64,000 bases of DNA from Candidatus Latescibacterota bacterium (GTDB lineage: Bacteria; Latescibacterota; UBA2968; UBA8231): the NCBI GenBank assembly GCA_022825835.1, contig JAJDVZ010000156.1:17825-81824 (forward strand), given 5' to 3'. The translations under genes and the position numbers were made by a program. Position 1 is the stretch's first letter; every line of letters starts with the position of its first letter. Shown one piece after another: positions 8,598 through 18,410 of this stretch. The notes beneath the pieces were generated by a model. That model had not been told where the DNA came from. It saw nothing but the letters and a program-made list of their open reading frames with translations, and made no database searches.

Positions 8598-11327
8598 ATG
8601 TATGGCAAATACGGGTTGGTTTTCCTGCTCCTCAGCAGCTTGATGAGTCCAGATTGGCTCCAGGCGCAGGATTACGGCTCTCGCCTCGGAGTGCAGCGCG
8701 GTGGTCGGGTGTCGTATGAACCTCGGGGCCCAGGCGTCCTCTTTGACGCTCTCGATCCAACCCTCAAACGCTGGTACGTGCCCCAGGAACTCTACAACGA
8801 GTACCGCTGGCGGCCTTGGCAGTACAACAACTACGCCCGCGAGAATTACCAGCGCTACGTCAATACAGCCATAGAGGGCAACTACTTCTACGACCTATAC
8901 GGCAATTTTGTCACCCAAGGTTGGCTGATATACGACATGCGCCGGCAACAACCGGCCGAGTTCGGCAGCACCGTATTCAAGGACAGCCGCTATGGCTCGT
9001 GGTTTAACAACGTCTTGATCGCCTCCGACAGCAAGGGCCAGAATCACTATGCGGTGACCATTGGCAATAGCATCCGCACGACGCTGACGCCGCTGACTTT
9101 TTCCAAGCCGGCCTTCAACGGCATCCAAGCCGATTTTGCCTCGGACAAGTACCAAGCTACGGTGCTGATGTCGCGCATTAGTGCCCCCAATCAAGTGGGC
9201 GTCGCCGTTGGTGCCGTGCCCACGGGCGTGTCGAATACCACCGACTTTCTCGGCGGCCATTTCACTGCCCAAGTGGGCGATTTCGTCACCTTGGGGACCA
9301 CCTATATCAACGCCCATCAGTCCAATACGCTGTTGGAGAGCTTTTTAGGCGGTCGTGCCCAAGGCGATTTGACCGTCGATCAAAACAGCAGCGCCGTCAC
9401 CCGCATCGAAATCCTGCTCGAAGACGACTCGCCGGCCGACGGTCGGGGAGGGGCGGCGCTGTTTTCGCAAAATATCATCATCACGGCGATCCGGGATTTC
9501 AATACCGGCGAGCGCGAAACCGTCACGGGCAAGGAGATCAACTTTGCGCCTCTCGTCCAGGGCGGTTTCCAGCGGCAGGGGGGCTTTTTGGCTGCGGACG
9601 GGGACGAGACCATTCGCCTCATCTACGACTTTTCCGACCGCGCCTATCTGGGCCCCGATCCCTCGACCATTGTAGAAGTCACTTTCGAGTTGGTGCTGGC
9701 CAACGACTACAAGGTGTCGATGGCTTCCAATCGCCAACTGAGCCGCGCCGGAGAATTCCATCCCCTGCTAATCGCCCGGGCCGACGGCAATGTGCGCGAC
9801 ACTTCGAATCAGCGGCTCGTGCGCTTTGACTACGGTCTGCCCACAGCCAACCAAATTTTTGGTTTCCACCTCGCCACGACGAGCTTCTTGGGCTTTGATA
9901 CCTATGCCGAGTACGCGGTCAACCACCAGTTTAGGAAGTACCCCAACCCCAATGTAGAAGGCGACCACGAATCGGCTTCGCGGCGCGCCGACGCTTGGAT
10001 GCTAAACGCGGCGAAAAACGCCTATCCGTGGTTTGTCTATGGCGAGGCCTTCAGCATGGGCAAAGACTACGCGACCAGCATTTTTCTCAGCGACCAGCGG
10101 GGCGTAATCGACTATGCGACCCAGAACCGATTCTTCGAGTTCGTCGAGGACAACGACGACCAAGACCGCACCCCCGACTGGGGGCGCGCCTTTCAGGCCG
10201 GTCCCGATATCGAGGTCTTTCCAGGCTGGGACGAGAACAACGATTTCATCAACGACTTCAACCAAAATGACAACCGCACGCGCGAGAATCAGTTGCCCGA
10301 TTACGAAGAACCCTTCCTGCGCTATCACAGCGACCGGCCCGAGTTTCTCTTTGGCATTGATCTCAACAACAACGGCTGGATCGACCGCTTTGAGAACGAC
10401 ACCGAGCCAGACTTCCCCTACAAACGCGACCATCGGGGGTACAATGCCTATGGCGGTGTCCATCTGACGCCGGAGACTCGGCTGACTGCGGGGCGCACCC
10501 GGCAGTGGTTGATTGCGTCTGCGCGGCGCAGCGAGACCAGTTACGCTCTCTTCACCTTTGACAAGGATATCGCCGACTTGGGGCGCATCCGGGTTTTTGA
10601 ACATCTGAAACGGGCGCACGACAATATAGCCGACGACCGCATTGCGCCCCTGCCCTTTTTCCGCGGGCCGCAGCTACCCGTCCAAGATGTGCTGTCGGCC
10701 CGAGACACTTGGATCAACACCGTGTGGCTGGGCTTCAGCTACACGGGCACGGCCAACCTGACGGTGGAAAACAAGCTCAAATACGAATTTTTTCATCAAT
10801 TGCTCGATGATGAGGTGCTGGCAGAGTTGGGCGCTCGGCGGGACTCGCGCTTTTTCGGGCTAATCAATAAAGCCGAGTATTCCCTCAATGTAGCAGGGGT
10901 GAAATTGATGCCACGGGTCAAAAGCGAGTACCTGATTGACTCGCCCTTTCTGCGCTCCGAAGACGAGCGCAAGCAGTGGACTCCGAGTTTGTTTTTCATC
11001 ACCCGCCTGCCGCTGATGCCGCGCACCCAGATCGAAGCGGGCTTGGAACAGAGCTACCGCTGGGAGTTGCTAAGCGACGAGAAGGCCCTAGTTGAGACTG
11101 GGGCCGAAGGAGTGGGTACCGGGGATCAGCGCGAGACGATTTTGGCAATTCAGGCGACCAATATCACCGACTATTTGGGCTATAAACTGATTACTCAGCT
11201 CGGTTTCCAATACGAGCGCCGGGCCGCGGAAATCGTCGAAAAGAAAAACACTGATTTCGGCTTGGGAAACAGGACCTCGACCGGTTTCACAACCTTTATC
11301 ACGGTGTACGCCGGTCTGGGTCTCTAG
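8598..11327 (+). CDS. Large (909 aa) signal-peptide protein, putative outer-membrane beta-barrel with EF-hand-like acidic insert (paralog A)
   Basis: N-terminal signal peptide ends in LQAQ. Long stretches of alternating hydrophobic/polar pattern. Acidic block at 10138-10458 includes DLNNNGWIDRFE. SD GGGAGGG. I recognise no named family. Confidence 0.75.
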   Translation: MYGKYGLVFLLLSSLMSPDWLQAQDYGSRLGVQRGGRVSYEPRGPGVLFDALDPTLKRWYVPQELYNEYRWRPWQYNNYARENYQRYVNTAIEGNYFYDLYGNFVTQGWLIYDMRRQQPAEFGSTVFKDSRYGSWFNNVLIASDSKGQNHYAVTIGNSIRTTLTPLTFSKPAFNGIQADFASDKYQATVLMSRISAPNQVGVAVGAVPTGVSNTTDFLGGHFTAQVGDFVTLGTTYINAHQSNTLLESFLGGRAQGDLTVDQNSSAVTRIEILLEDDSPADGRGGAALFSQNIIITAIRDFNTGERETVTGKEINFAPLVQGGFQRQGGFLAADGDETIRLIYDFSDRAYLGPDPSTIVEVTFELVLANDYKVSMASNRQLSRAGEFHPLLIARADGNVRDTSNQRLVRFDYGLPTANQIFGFHLATTSFLGFDTYAEYAVNHQFRKYPNPNVEGDHESASRRADAWMLNAAKNAYPWFVYGEAFSMGKDYATSIFLSDQRGVIDYATQNRFFEFVEDNDDQDRTPDWGRAFQAGPDIEVFPGWDENNDFINDFNQNDNRTRENQLPDYEEPFLRYHSDRPEFLFGIDLNNNGWIDRFENDTEPDFPYKRDHRGYNAYGGVHLTPETRLTAGRTRQWLIASARRSETSYALFTFDKDIADLGRIRVFEHLKRAHDNIADDRIAPLPFFRGPQLPVQDVLSARDTWINTVWLGFSYTGTANLTVENKLKYEFFHQLLDDEVLAELGARRDSRFFGLINKAEYSLNVAGVKLMPRVKSEYLIDSPFLRSEDERKQWTPSLFFITRLPLMPRTQIEAGLEQSYRWELLSDEKALVETGAEGVGTGDQRETILAIQATNITDYLGYKLITQLGFQYERRAAEIVEKKNTDFGLGNRTSTGFTTFITVYAGLGL

Positions 11328-11329
11328 TC

Positions 11330-14062
11330 GTGGCACGTGCGGTTATTATCACACTCGCCCTATTGGTACTCAATCCTGGCGATCTCCGCGCCGAGGAATA
11401 CGGCAATCGCTTGGGGCAGGGGCACGGCGTCGGACTGCAATATGTCACGCGCAGCCGCAGCACGCTCATCAACGCCATCGATCCAAGGGTGCAGAAGTGG
11501 TACATGCCCCAAGAATTGTACAGCGAATACCGCCTGAAGCAGTGGGAGTACACCAACTATTCGAGGAATTTCTATCGCAGCTATTTATCGGCGACGCTCG
11601 AAGGAGATTACTTCTACGATCTGTTTGGTCGTCGCGTGATGCACGGGTGGTTGGTCTATGAGGCGCGAAAAGAACAACCGAGGGCCTCAGAGGGCAATAG
11701 TTTGCTCAAGGGCCTGCCCTACGGCGGCAATTTCCAGAACCTGATCATTGCCTCTGACTCCAAGGGACAGCACCATTTCTCTTTGACGATAGGCGATGAG
11801 ATCGCTACGACGCTCACGCCGATGACGTTCCGCAAGGCCGTCTTCAACGGCGTCCAGTTTCACTATCTGCGGGATCGCTACGCTGGTACGGTGCTGTTGT
11901 CGCGGATCAGCGCGCCGCTGGTTACTACCTCGTCGTTCGACGTGGGGCTGACCAATGCCACGGAATTGACCGCTGGGCGTCTCACCGCCGAGGTGGGCGA
12001 ACACGTCACGGTCGGCGGCACGTACGTCAACAGCCACAATAGCCGCGCCACCTTGGAGCGCTTTGCCGGCAATATGTTCAAGGGATTTCTCACCACCGAC
12101 CAAGCCGGCAACGCCGTTACTTTTGTCGAGGTGCGCCTCGGCGACGATTCGCCCGAAGATGGCGAGAATGGGGCCGTACTTTTCGCCGAGAACATCATCC
12201 TAAAGGATGTAAACGGCCATCAGTGGAATGGCGCACAGGTCGGTTATGTGCCGTCGCGCACAGGCGGTGAACTGCGCGACGGTTTTGCAGTGGCAGACGG
12301 CGGCGACCGCATTGTGCTGCGCTACAATCTCGAAGCCTTGGCCGCGGCACGGGTCGTGGAGGTAGAAGGCGAGCCTATGTGGCTCCCAACTACGGTCGAT
12401 TCCCTCGCCGAGGTGGGCTTTGAATTGGTCTTGGCCAACGATTATCGAGTTGAGATCGCTTCGAATCGCCAAACCAATATAGAGGCGCAGCCGGTCTTCC
12501 TCTTGGTCGAGAGCGCGCCGGGCAATGTCGGCGATACTTCCAACCGGCGCACCGTGCGTTTTGACTACGGTCTGCCCACGGCTAACCAGATCGCTGGCCT
12601 CACCTTGGAAGTGCGCCAAGTGTGGGGTTTTGACCTGTACGCCGAATTAAACGTCAACCACCGCTTTGCGCAGTACCCCAGCCCTTTGCTGACGACCCAC
12701 CGAACGTCCGCTAGACAGGCCCAAGCGTGGATGGTCAATCTAGCGCAAATACGCGCGCCCTATTTTTTGCACGGCGAAATTTTCAGCATGGACCCGGATT
12801 ACACCACCAGCGTCTTTATGACCGAGACCAACGGACGGGTCGATTACGTCGATCAAGAGTCCTTTTTGTACGACTATGTTGATGACAACGACGATTTGGA
12901 TCGCTTGCCGGACCAAAAACGCCGGTGGCAGTCATCGTGGCTGGGAGAAACTATTTCTACTGGTGAGGGGGCAGCCGATCCGGCCGTGTTCCCCGGTTGG
13001 GACGAAAACGGCGATTTCATTTCCGATTTCAATCAGAACGATACGCCGACGCGCCGCAATGCACTGGCCGATTACGAAGAGCCCTTTTTGCGCTTCAACG
13101 TCGATCGACCCGAGTTCCTTTTTGGCGTTGACATGAACAACAACGGCTGGATCGACCGCTTTGAAGACGATGTTGATCCCGATTATCCCTACGACCGGAA
13201 TCTGCGGGGATACAATGTGTACGGCGGCGTCGATGTCGTGCCCAAAGTACGCCTGACCGTGGGCCAGACGCGGCAATGGCAGTTGTCAACTAAGCGGCGC
13301 AGTGAGGCTGCGTATGGTCTTTTCGTCTTGGAACGGGACTGGCCCGGCATTGGTCGCCTGCGCGTCTTTGAGCATTTGAAGAAAGTGCGCGACAATATAG
13401 CAGACGACCGCTTGGCGGCCTCGCAGGCCATTGGCGCTCAGCAGGCCGTGGTGGAAGATCCGCTAGCAGCCCAGAACACTTGGATCAACACCGTGTGGCT
13501 GGGGTTCGATTACACCGGCCTAGGCGCTCTGCAGGTAATCAACAAATTCAAGTACGAAATCTTGCACCAGCGCGCCGAGCAGCAGGTGCTCACCGAGCGC
13601 GGTGCCCGCCATCGCGGGCGTTTTTTGGGTGTGGTCAACAAGGCCGATTACGGCCGCAATATTGGCCGAATACACATCCGGCCGCGCCTTAAAAACGAGT
13701 TCTTCTGGGACGTTCCCTATCTCGAACGGGCAAGCGAGCGCCAGTGGTGGAAACAGATGCTGTCGTTCAGCGTGCGCTTCCCCATTCTCAAGGAGTCGTG
13801 GATTGAGACAGGCGTTGAACAGGTTTTTATCACTGACCTAGCGACGGACGCAAAGCAAATGGCTGCGGGCGAGCGCACGGGCGATGGCCAACAGACGATC
13901 CTAGCGCTCCAGTTGACTAACTACGGTACGTACATGGGCTACCGCTCGATCATGCAGTGCGGCTTGCGCTTTGATCGGGACCAGTTTGAGCGCGTTGACT
14001 GGAAGTCCGAAACCAAGACGGGCAGCCTCGTCTTTGTCTCGTTCTACGCTGGTCTGGAGTAG
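11330..14062 (+). CDS. Large (910 aa) signal-peptide protein, tandem paralog B of 8598-11327
   Basis: GTG start 2 nt after the upstream stop. Collinear similarity to paralog A from the N-terminus (EEYGNRLG vs QDYGSRLG) to the C-terminus (FYAGLE vs VYAGLGL). Acidic block at 12875-13228 includes DMNNNGWIDRFE. Confidence 0.75.
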   Translation: MARAVIITLALLVLNPGDLRAEEYGNRLGQGHGVGLQYVTRSRSTLINAIDPRVQKWYMPQELYSEYRLKQWEYTNYSRNFYRSYLSATLEGDYFYDLFGRRVMHGWLVYEARKEQPRASEGNSLLKGLPYGGNFQNLIIASDSKGQHHFSLTIGDEIATTLTPMTFRKAVFNGVQFHYLRDRYAGTVLLSRISAPLVTTSSFDVGLTNATELTAGRLTAEVGEHVTVGGTYVNSHNSRATLERFAGNMFKGFLTTDQAGNAVTFVEVRLGDDSPEDGENGAVLFAENIILKDVNGHQWNGAQVGYVPSRTGGELRDGFAVADGGDRIVLRYNLEALAAARVVEVEGEPMWLPTTVDSLAEVGFELVLANDYRVEIASNRQTNIEAQPVFLLVESAPGNVGDTSNRRTVRFDYGLPTANQIAGLTLEVRQVWGFDLYAELNVNHRFAQYPSPLLTTHRTSARQAQAWMVNLAQIRAPYFLHGEIFSMDPDYTTSVFMTETNGRVDYVDQESFLYDYVDDNDDLDRLPDQKRRWQSSWLGETISTGEGAADPAVFPGWDENGDFISDFNQNDTPTRRNALADYEEPFLRFNVDRPEFLFGVDMNNNGWIDRFEDDVDPDYPYDRNLRGYNVYGGVDVVPKVRLTVGQTRQWQLSTKRRSEAAYGLFVLERDWPGIGRLRVFEHLKKVRDNIADDRLAASQAIGAQQAVVEDPLAAQNTWINTVWLGFDYTGLGALQVINKFKYEILHQRAEQQVLTERGARHRGRFLGVVNKADYGRNIGRIHIRPRLKNEFFWDVPYLERASERQWWKQMLSFSVRFPILKESWIETGVEQVFITDLATDAKQMAAGERTGDGQQTILALQLTNYGTYMGYRSIMQCGLRFDRDQFERVDWKSETKTGSLVFVSFYAGLE

Positions 14063-14072
14063 GAGGATTTCT

Positions 14073-16586
14073 ATGACGAGCAGACATTGGGCGAGCTGGA
14101 TTTTAGTCGTCGCGCTCGGTTGCCGAGCCGCAGTGGCTCAAGAGGGGTACGCGATCCAAGGCAACCGCATTGTCACCCAAGGTGCAGACCAGTGGCACCA
14201 ATGGATTTTTCCCTTTGGCACGGTCGATATCGCCTCCGAAGGCGCTAGACCGCACTTTGTGGCGTCGGAACTCAATGCCTGCCTCAATGCGCACCGCTTT
14301 CCCCTATGGGCCGACGAAGATGAAAAGGAAGGGGGGATCTTGTCGGCTGGATCGGGGCTGGCTGGAGCAGTGCGCATCCTCGACGGCAATGTAGATACCT
14401 ACTGGGAGCCCGATCTAGACGATCCACAAGATCTGTGGTGGGTGGCGATTGACTTGGGGCGGATCGTATCGGCCAAGCACATTGTTTTGCGCTTTGCCCG
14501 GGAAGGTGAAGGCGATCCGTTTTACCAATTTCGCCTGATGGTGGCCGACGGCGAAGGCAAAGTAGGCGATAATCTCGATTATCACTTGGTCGGCAAGACC
14601 GAGCGGCCCAATGTCGATCAACGCGAATTTTCGTTTGATCTACAGCCCTTTCAAAGTGCCGATCCCCATTTTACCGGCGATGCCTTTCGCTTTGTGCAGG
14701 TGGTGATGACGGACAGCCGCTTGGGCAAGGCCGAGGAAGTGGACAGCTTGGCCTATCAGAGTTTGCCAGCGGCTTTGCAGGGCGCAGTGGAGTACTTCGG
14801 TCGCAGTCGCAGCGGGAGCGAGTGGCTTCTCGACAGGGAGGCCTATGAACTGCTCGATCAGTCCGAGCGGGGTTCAATCCGCTATTACCGCCGCGAACAA
14901 CCGCGCCTCGCCGAGGTCGAAGTCTGGACCTTGGGCGAGAATATATCGCTGGGGGCGATCCAGCGGGGCGGCACGGTGGAAGGGCACGGCTTTAATCCCA
15001 CCCGCAGCCTCGATGGGGACTACACAACTTGGTACGGTCTGCAGCAGAGTTACACCCGCGAGGCGGCCGAGCCCGAGCGGCAAGTCCTCTTTGACCTAGG
15101 GGCTTTGTACTGGCTGGATCTATTCCACTTTCTGCCGCCAGCGGCCCGCAGCGCCGGCGGCACGCTGGGCAATTATCGGATGAAACTGTCGGACGGTTCG
15201 CTCGCCCCGGACGGGAGCTTGCAGTGGGTGCAGGTCGAAGAGCGGCGCGTCTTCCGCCAGCCTCGGTTCCAAGAGGTGCGCTTTGAGTTGCAAAAGGTCC
15301 GCTACATCGCCTTCGACTACCTAGTGGGTAGGGGGGGCAACAGAGCTGGATGGTCCGAACTCCAAGCCTACGGCGAGGGCTATCAGCCGGAGGTGGTGTT
15401 GGAATCGCCGTTGATCGATTTGAGCAGTAGCATGAATTTGACCACGCTCCACTGGGAGGCCGACGTCCCGCCCGGTACGCGCATTGAGGTGGCCACCCGC
15501 ACCGGCGATCAGACCAAAGTCAACACCACGTATTATCGGAGCGACGGCGCCGAGGTGGACAAAAAAGCGTACCATAAATTGATTGCCGCGCTCAAGGGGG
15601 ATTCGCTCAATGTGTTGGTCGTTGACGAAGAAACTTGGAGCCCTTGGAGCAAACCGCACTTGCTGTCAGGCCAAGTCATCACTTCGCCGTCGCCGCGCCG
15701 CTTCCTCAAGACCCAGGTGCGGTTGAGTAGCGACGACCCGCAAAATGCCGTGCTATTGCGGCGCTTGGAGGTGTCGTTTTCTCAACCGTGGGTGGGTAGA
15801 GCTTTGGGCGAGGTATTCCCGGTGCAAGTGGAACATCCGGGAGAGGACACGCGGCTGACCTTTTTCGTGCGGCCTGTGCGGCGGGCGGGCGATCCGGGCA
15901 TTGACGAGGTGTTATTGGTCAGTTCAGGGGAGACGCCGCTGGCGCTACGGGAGGTACGTCTTGGCTCGGCAGCAGAAGTAGCTGCCGGAGGTGGCGAAGC
16001 GCTGGGCCTAGATGTGGTAGAAGTGCTCGAGACCGCGACCGATTCGCTGTGGGTACGCCTACCCGACGCGGTTGACCGCAACGAGGTCCTCGCGGTTGAT
16101 GTATTGACCGCGCTATTTGGCCACGGCGTTTCCTTTGCCGGACGGGTGGGCAACCGCGATGATTCGGGAACTTGGCAATTGGTCGAAGCCGATCAAGAGG
16201 CTGTGGCCGAAGTGGAAAGCGGCGTCCTGCGGGTGTTGGTGCCCTCGGGTCAGGTGGGTTTGGCAGACCTGACGCTGGACACAGCGGTTGTGACGCCCAA
16301 TGGGGATGGGATCAACGACGCAGCGCGGATTGGCTTTGAAGTGCTGCGCTTGGATGGAGCCCAGGTGGTGATCGTCTCGGTGCACGATCTGGCCGGTCGC
16401 CGCCTTTGGACCCTGGAGCAGGTGCGCGAGCGGGCGAGCGGGCAATACGAGGTGGTTTGGGAGGGGGTGGATGATGCGGGCGAGCGGGTGCCGCCGGGGA
16501 CGTATATTTTGCGGGTGGAGGTGGATGCGGATGCGCGCAGCAATGTGCGGACTAAGATAATGCGACTAGCTCACGTGGTGTATTGA
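14073..16586 (+). CDS. Secreted protein with two discoidin-like domains and FlgD-Ig / type-B-like C-terminal domain (paralog 3)
   Basis: Start moved to the ATG at 14073 (SD AGGAGGA at 14061; signal peptide MTSRHWASWILVVALGCRAAVAQ). LDGNVDTYWEP...WWVAIDLG... and LDGDYTTWYG...SELQAYGEGY. WSPWSKPH...SPSPRRFLK block. C-terminal VTPNGDGINDAA...WEGVDDAGERVPPGTYILRV. Confidence 0.8.
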   Translation: MTSRHWASWILVVALGCRAAVAQEGYAIQGNRIVTQGADQWHQWIFPFGTVDIASEGARPHFVASELNACLNAHRFPLWADEDEKEGGILSAGSGLAGAVRILDGNVDTYWEPDLDDPQDLWWVAIDLGRIVSAKHIVLRFAREGEGDPFYQFRLMVADGEGKVGDNLDYHLVGKTERPNVDQREFSFDLQPFQSADPHFTGDAFRFVQVVMTDSRLGKAEEVDSLAYQSLPAALQGAVEYFGRSRSGSEWLLDREAYELLDQSERGSIRYYRREQPRLAEVEVWTLGENISLGAIQRGGTVEGHGFNPTRSLDGDYTTWYGLQQSYTREAAEPERQVLFDLGALYWLDLFHFLPPAARSAGGTLGNYRMKLSDGSLAPDGSLQWVQVEERRVFRQPRFQEVRFELQKVRYIAFDYLVGRGGNRAGWSELQAYGEGYQPEVVLESPLIDLSSSMNLTTLHWEADVPPGTRIEVATRTGDQTKVNTTYYRSDGAEVDKKAYHKLIAALKGDSLNVLVVDEETWSPWSKPHLLSGQVITSPSPRRFLKTQVRLSSDDPQNAVLLRRLEVSFSQPWVGRALGEVFPVQVEHPGEDTRLTFFVRPVRRAGDPGIDEVLLVSSGETPLALREVRLGSAAEVAAGGGEALGLDVVEVLETATDSLWVRLPDAVDRNEVLAVDVLTALFGHGVSFAGRVGNRDDSGTWQLVEADQEAVAEVESGVLRVLVPSGQVGLADLTLDTAVVTPNGDGINDAARIGFEVLRLDGAQVVIVSVHDLAGRRLWTLEQVRERASGQYEVVWEGVDDAGERVPPGTYILRVEVDADARSNVRTKIMRLAHVVY

Positions 16587-16595
16587 GGCGCAGGG

Positions 16596-18410
16596 GTGGG
16601 CCGCCAAGTCCAACGATTGACAGCTATCTTGGCGCTTGGCTGGTCTATGGGCTGCCAAAGCGAGCCGCCGCCGGTGCGTTTTACCGACGCCACCGACCAA
16701 GCGGGCCTTTCTTTTATCCACGAAAACGGTGCCGCCGGGCAGTACTTTCTCATCGAGACTATGGGTGCAGGTGGGGCGCTGGCCGACTTTGACGAGGACG
16801 GCGACTTAGATATCTATCTGGTCAACGGTTTCGATTTAAGAGGCTTGGACGCCCCGCCGATCAACTTGGTGCATCGAGAAGACGGCCTCTATTGGGTGGC
16901 CCCATCGGCCCCCAGTGCCGCGGACCGCTCTGCGGACCCAGCCGATTACGCGGTCGCGCTGGCCCCCGTAGCTGGGGTGGAACCAAGGGGCAATGCGCTC
17001 TACCGCAACGAAGGGACTGGTACTTTTGTCGAAGTGCCCAATGCTGGTGGGGCTGCGGACCTAGGTTATGGCATGGGCGTGGCTGTGGCCGATGCCGACA
17101 ACGACGGCGATCAAGACCTGTACGTGACCAACTACGGGCCCAATGCTCTCTATTGCAACCGAGGGGACGCCACCTTCACCCGCAGCCGTGGCGTCGAGGC
17201 CCCCCAATGGAGCGCCAGCGCTGCCTTTTTCGACCGCGACAACGATGGTGCGCTCGATCTGTACGTGGTCAATTATCTCGATTTTACCCTAGCTACCAAC
17301 AAAATCTGCGGCGGCTTCATCCGCACCGACGACGCGGGCTTGCGCGCGATTGGGGAAGATACGCGCTCGTACTGCGCGCCCAGCGAGTACGGGGGCGTGC
17401 CCGATGTGCTCTATCACAACGAGGGGGAAGGCACTTTTACCGATGTATCCATTGCCGCGGGTATTGCCAATTCCAATGGCAAGGGCTTGGGCGTGGTGGC
17501 TTGGGACTGGAACGAGGACGGCTACCAGGATCTATACGTGGCCAACGACGGGGTGGCCAACTTCCTCTACCAAAACGCCGGCGATGGCACCTTCCGCGAG
17601 ATAGCCCTACAAGCCGGGGTGGCCTACAATGTGCGCGGCCAAGCCGAGGCTGGCATGGGGGTGGACATCAGTGATTGCGACCGCGATGGCGATTGGGATC
17701 TGTTCGTCACCAATTTCTCCCGCGAAACCAATACGCTCTACCGCAATGAAGGAACCTACTTCAAAGATGTGACTGCGACGTCGGGCTTGGGCCGGCCGAG
17801 TTGGCTCTATTTGGGCTTTGGCACTGCGTTTTTCGATTACGACCACGACGGCGACCAAGATCTGTACGTGGCCAACGGCCACGTCTTGGACCGCGTCCAT
17901 ATACTGCAACCTGGGGTGCGCTACGCCCAAGAGCATCAGCTATTTCGCAACGACGGCTCCTGCCGCTTCGCCGATGTGGCAGACAGTGCGGGGAGTTGGT
18001 TCGCGCAAGAGCAGATAAGTCGAGGGTTGGCCCAAGGCGATTGGGACGGTGACGGCGATTTGGACCTGCTGGTGACCAATTGCGGAGGCCCAGCCAAGCT
18101 AGTGCGCAATCACGACGGCAACGGGCGCAATTGGATCTCAATCAAGCTGGTGGCTACAGCGGCCAATCGGGATGCGGTGGGAGCCGAGGTGCGGCTGGTG
18201 ACTGGTTCGTTGGAACAGCGCCGCCTAGTGAGAAGTGGGAGCAGCTATTTATCGGCTGGCGACCGGCGACTCCACTTTGGCTTGGGAGGCCACGAGCGCA
18301 TTGACCTGCTGGAAGTCCAATGGCCGGATGGGACCATTGAGGGATTTCGGGATCTATCCGCCGAACAAAATTTGCTAATTGAGCAAGGACGGGGTGTGCA
18401 GGATGAATAG
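16596..18410 (+). CDS. CRTAC1-type FG-GAP/VCBS repeat + ASPIC/UnbV domain lipoprotein
   Basis: GTG start with a lipobox-like GWSMGC. Repeated DxDxDGDxDLYV loops (DEDGDLDIY, DNDGDQDLY, DRDGDWDLF, DHDGDQDLY, DGDGDLDLL). C-terminal NWISIKLV...GAEVRLV...GSSYLSAGDRRLHFGLG...VQWPDG. Confidence 0.85.
   Translation: MGRQVQRLTAILALGWSMGCQSEPPPVRFTDATDQAGLSFIHENGAAGQYFLIETMGAGGALADFDEDGDLDIYLVNGFDLRGLDAPPINLVHREDGLYWVAPSAPSAADRSADPADYAVALAPVAGVEPRGNALYRNEGTGTFVEVPNAGGAADLGYGMGVAVADADNDGDQDLYVTNYGPNALYCNRGDATFTRSRGVEAPQWSASAAFFDRDNDGALDLYVVNYLDFTLATNKICGGFIRTDDAGLRAIGEDTRSYCAPSEYGGVPDVLYHNEGEGTFTDVSIAAGIANSNGKGLGVVAWDWNEDGYQDLYVANDGVANFLYQNAGDGTFREIALQAGVAYNVRGQAEAGMGVDISDCDRDGDWDLFVTNFSRETNTLYRNEGTYFKDVTATSGLGRPSWLYLGFGTAFFDYDHDGDQDLYVANGHVLDRVHILQPGVRYAQEHQLFRNDGSCRFADVADSAGSWFAQEQISRGLAQGDWDGDGDLDLLVTNCGGPAKLVRNHDGNGRNWISIKLVATAANRDAVGAEVRLVTGSLEQRRLVRSGSSYLSAGDRRLHFGLGGHERIDLLEVQWPDGTIEGFRDLSAEQNLLIEQGRGVQDE

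Noticed and set aside
13971-14072. Upstream start for the third discoidin paralog (track start 13971)
   Set aside because: It would overlap the end of the preceding gene by 92 nt and adds a non-signal-like peptide. AGGAGGA plus the ATG at 14073 gives a canonical signal peptide.
16892-17674. 260-aa Arg/Gly-rich ORF on the + strand
   Set aside because: It is off-frame inside the FG-GAP/ASPIC gene, and its composition is an artefact of GC-rich repeats.
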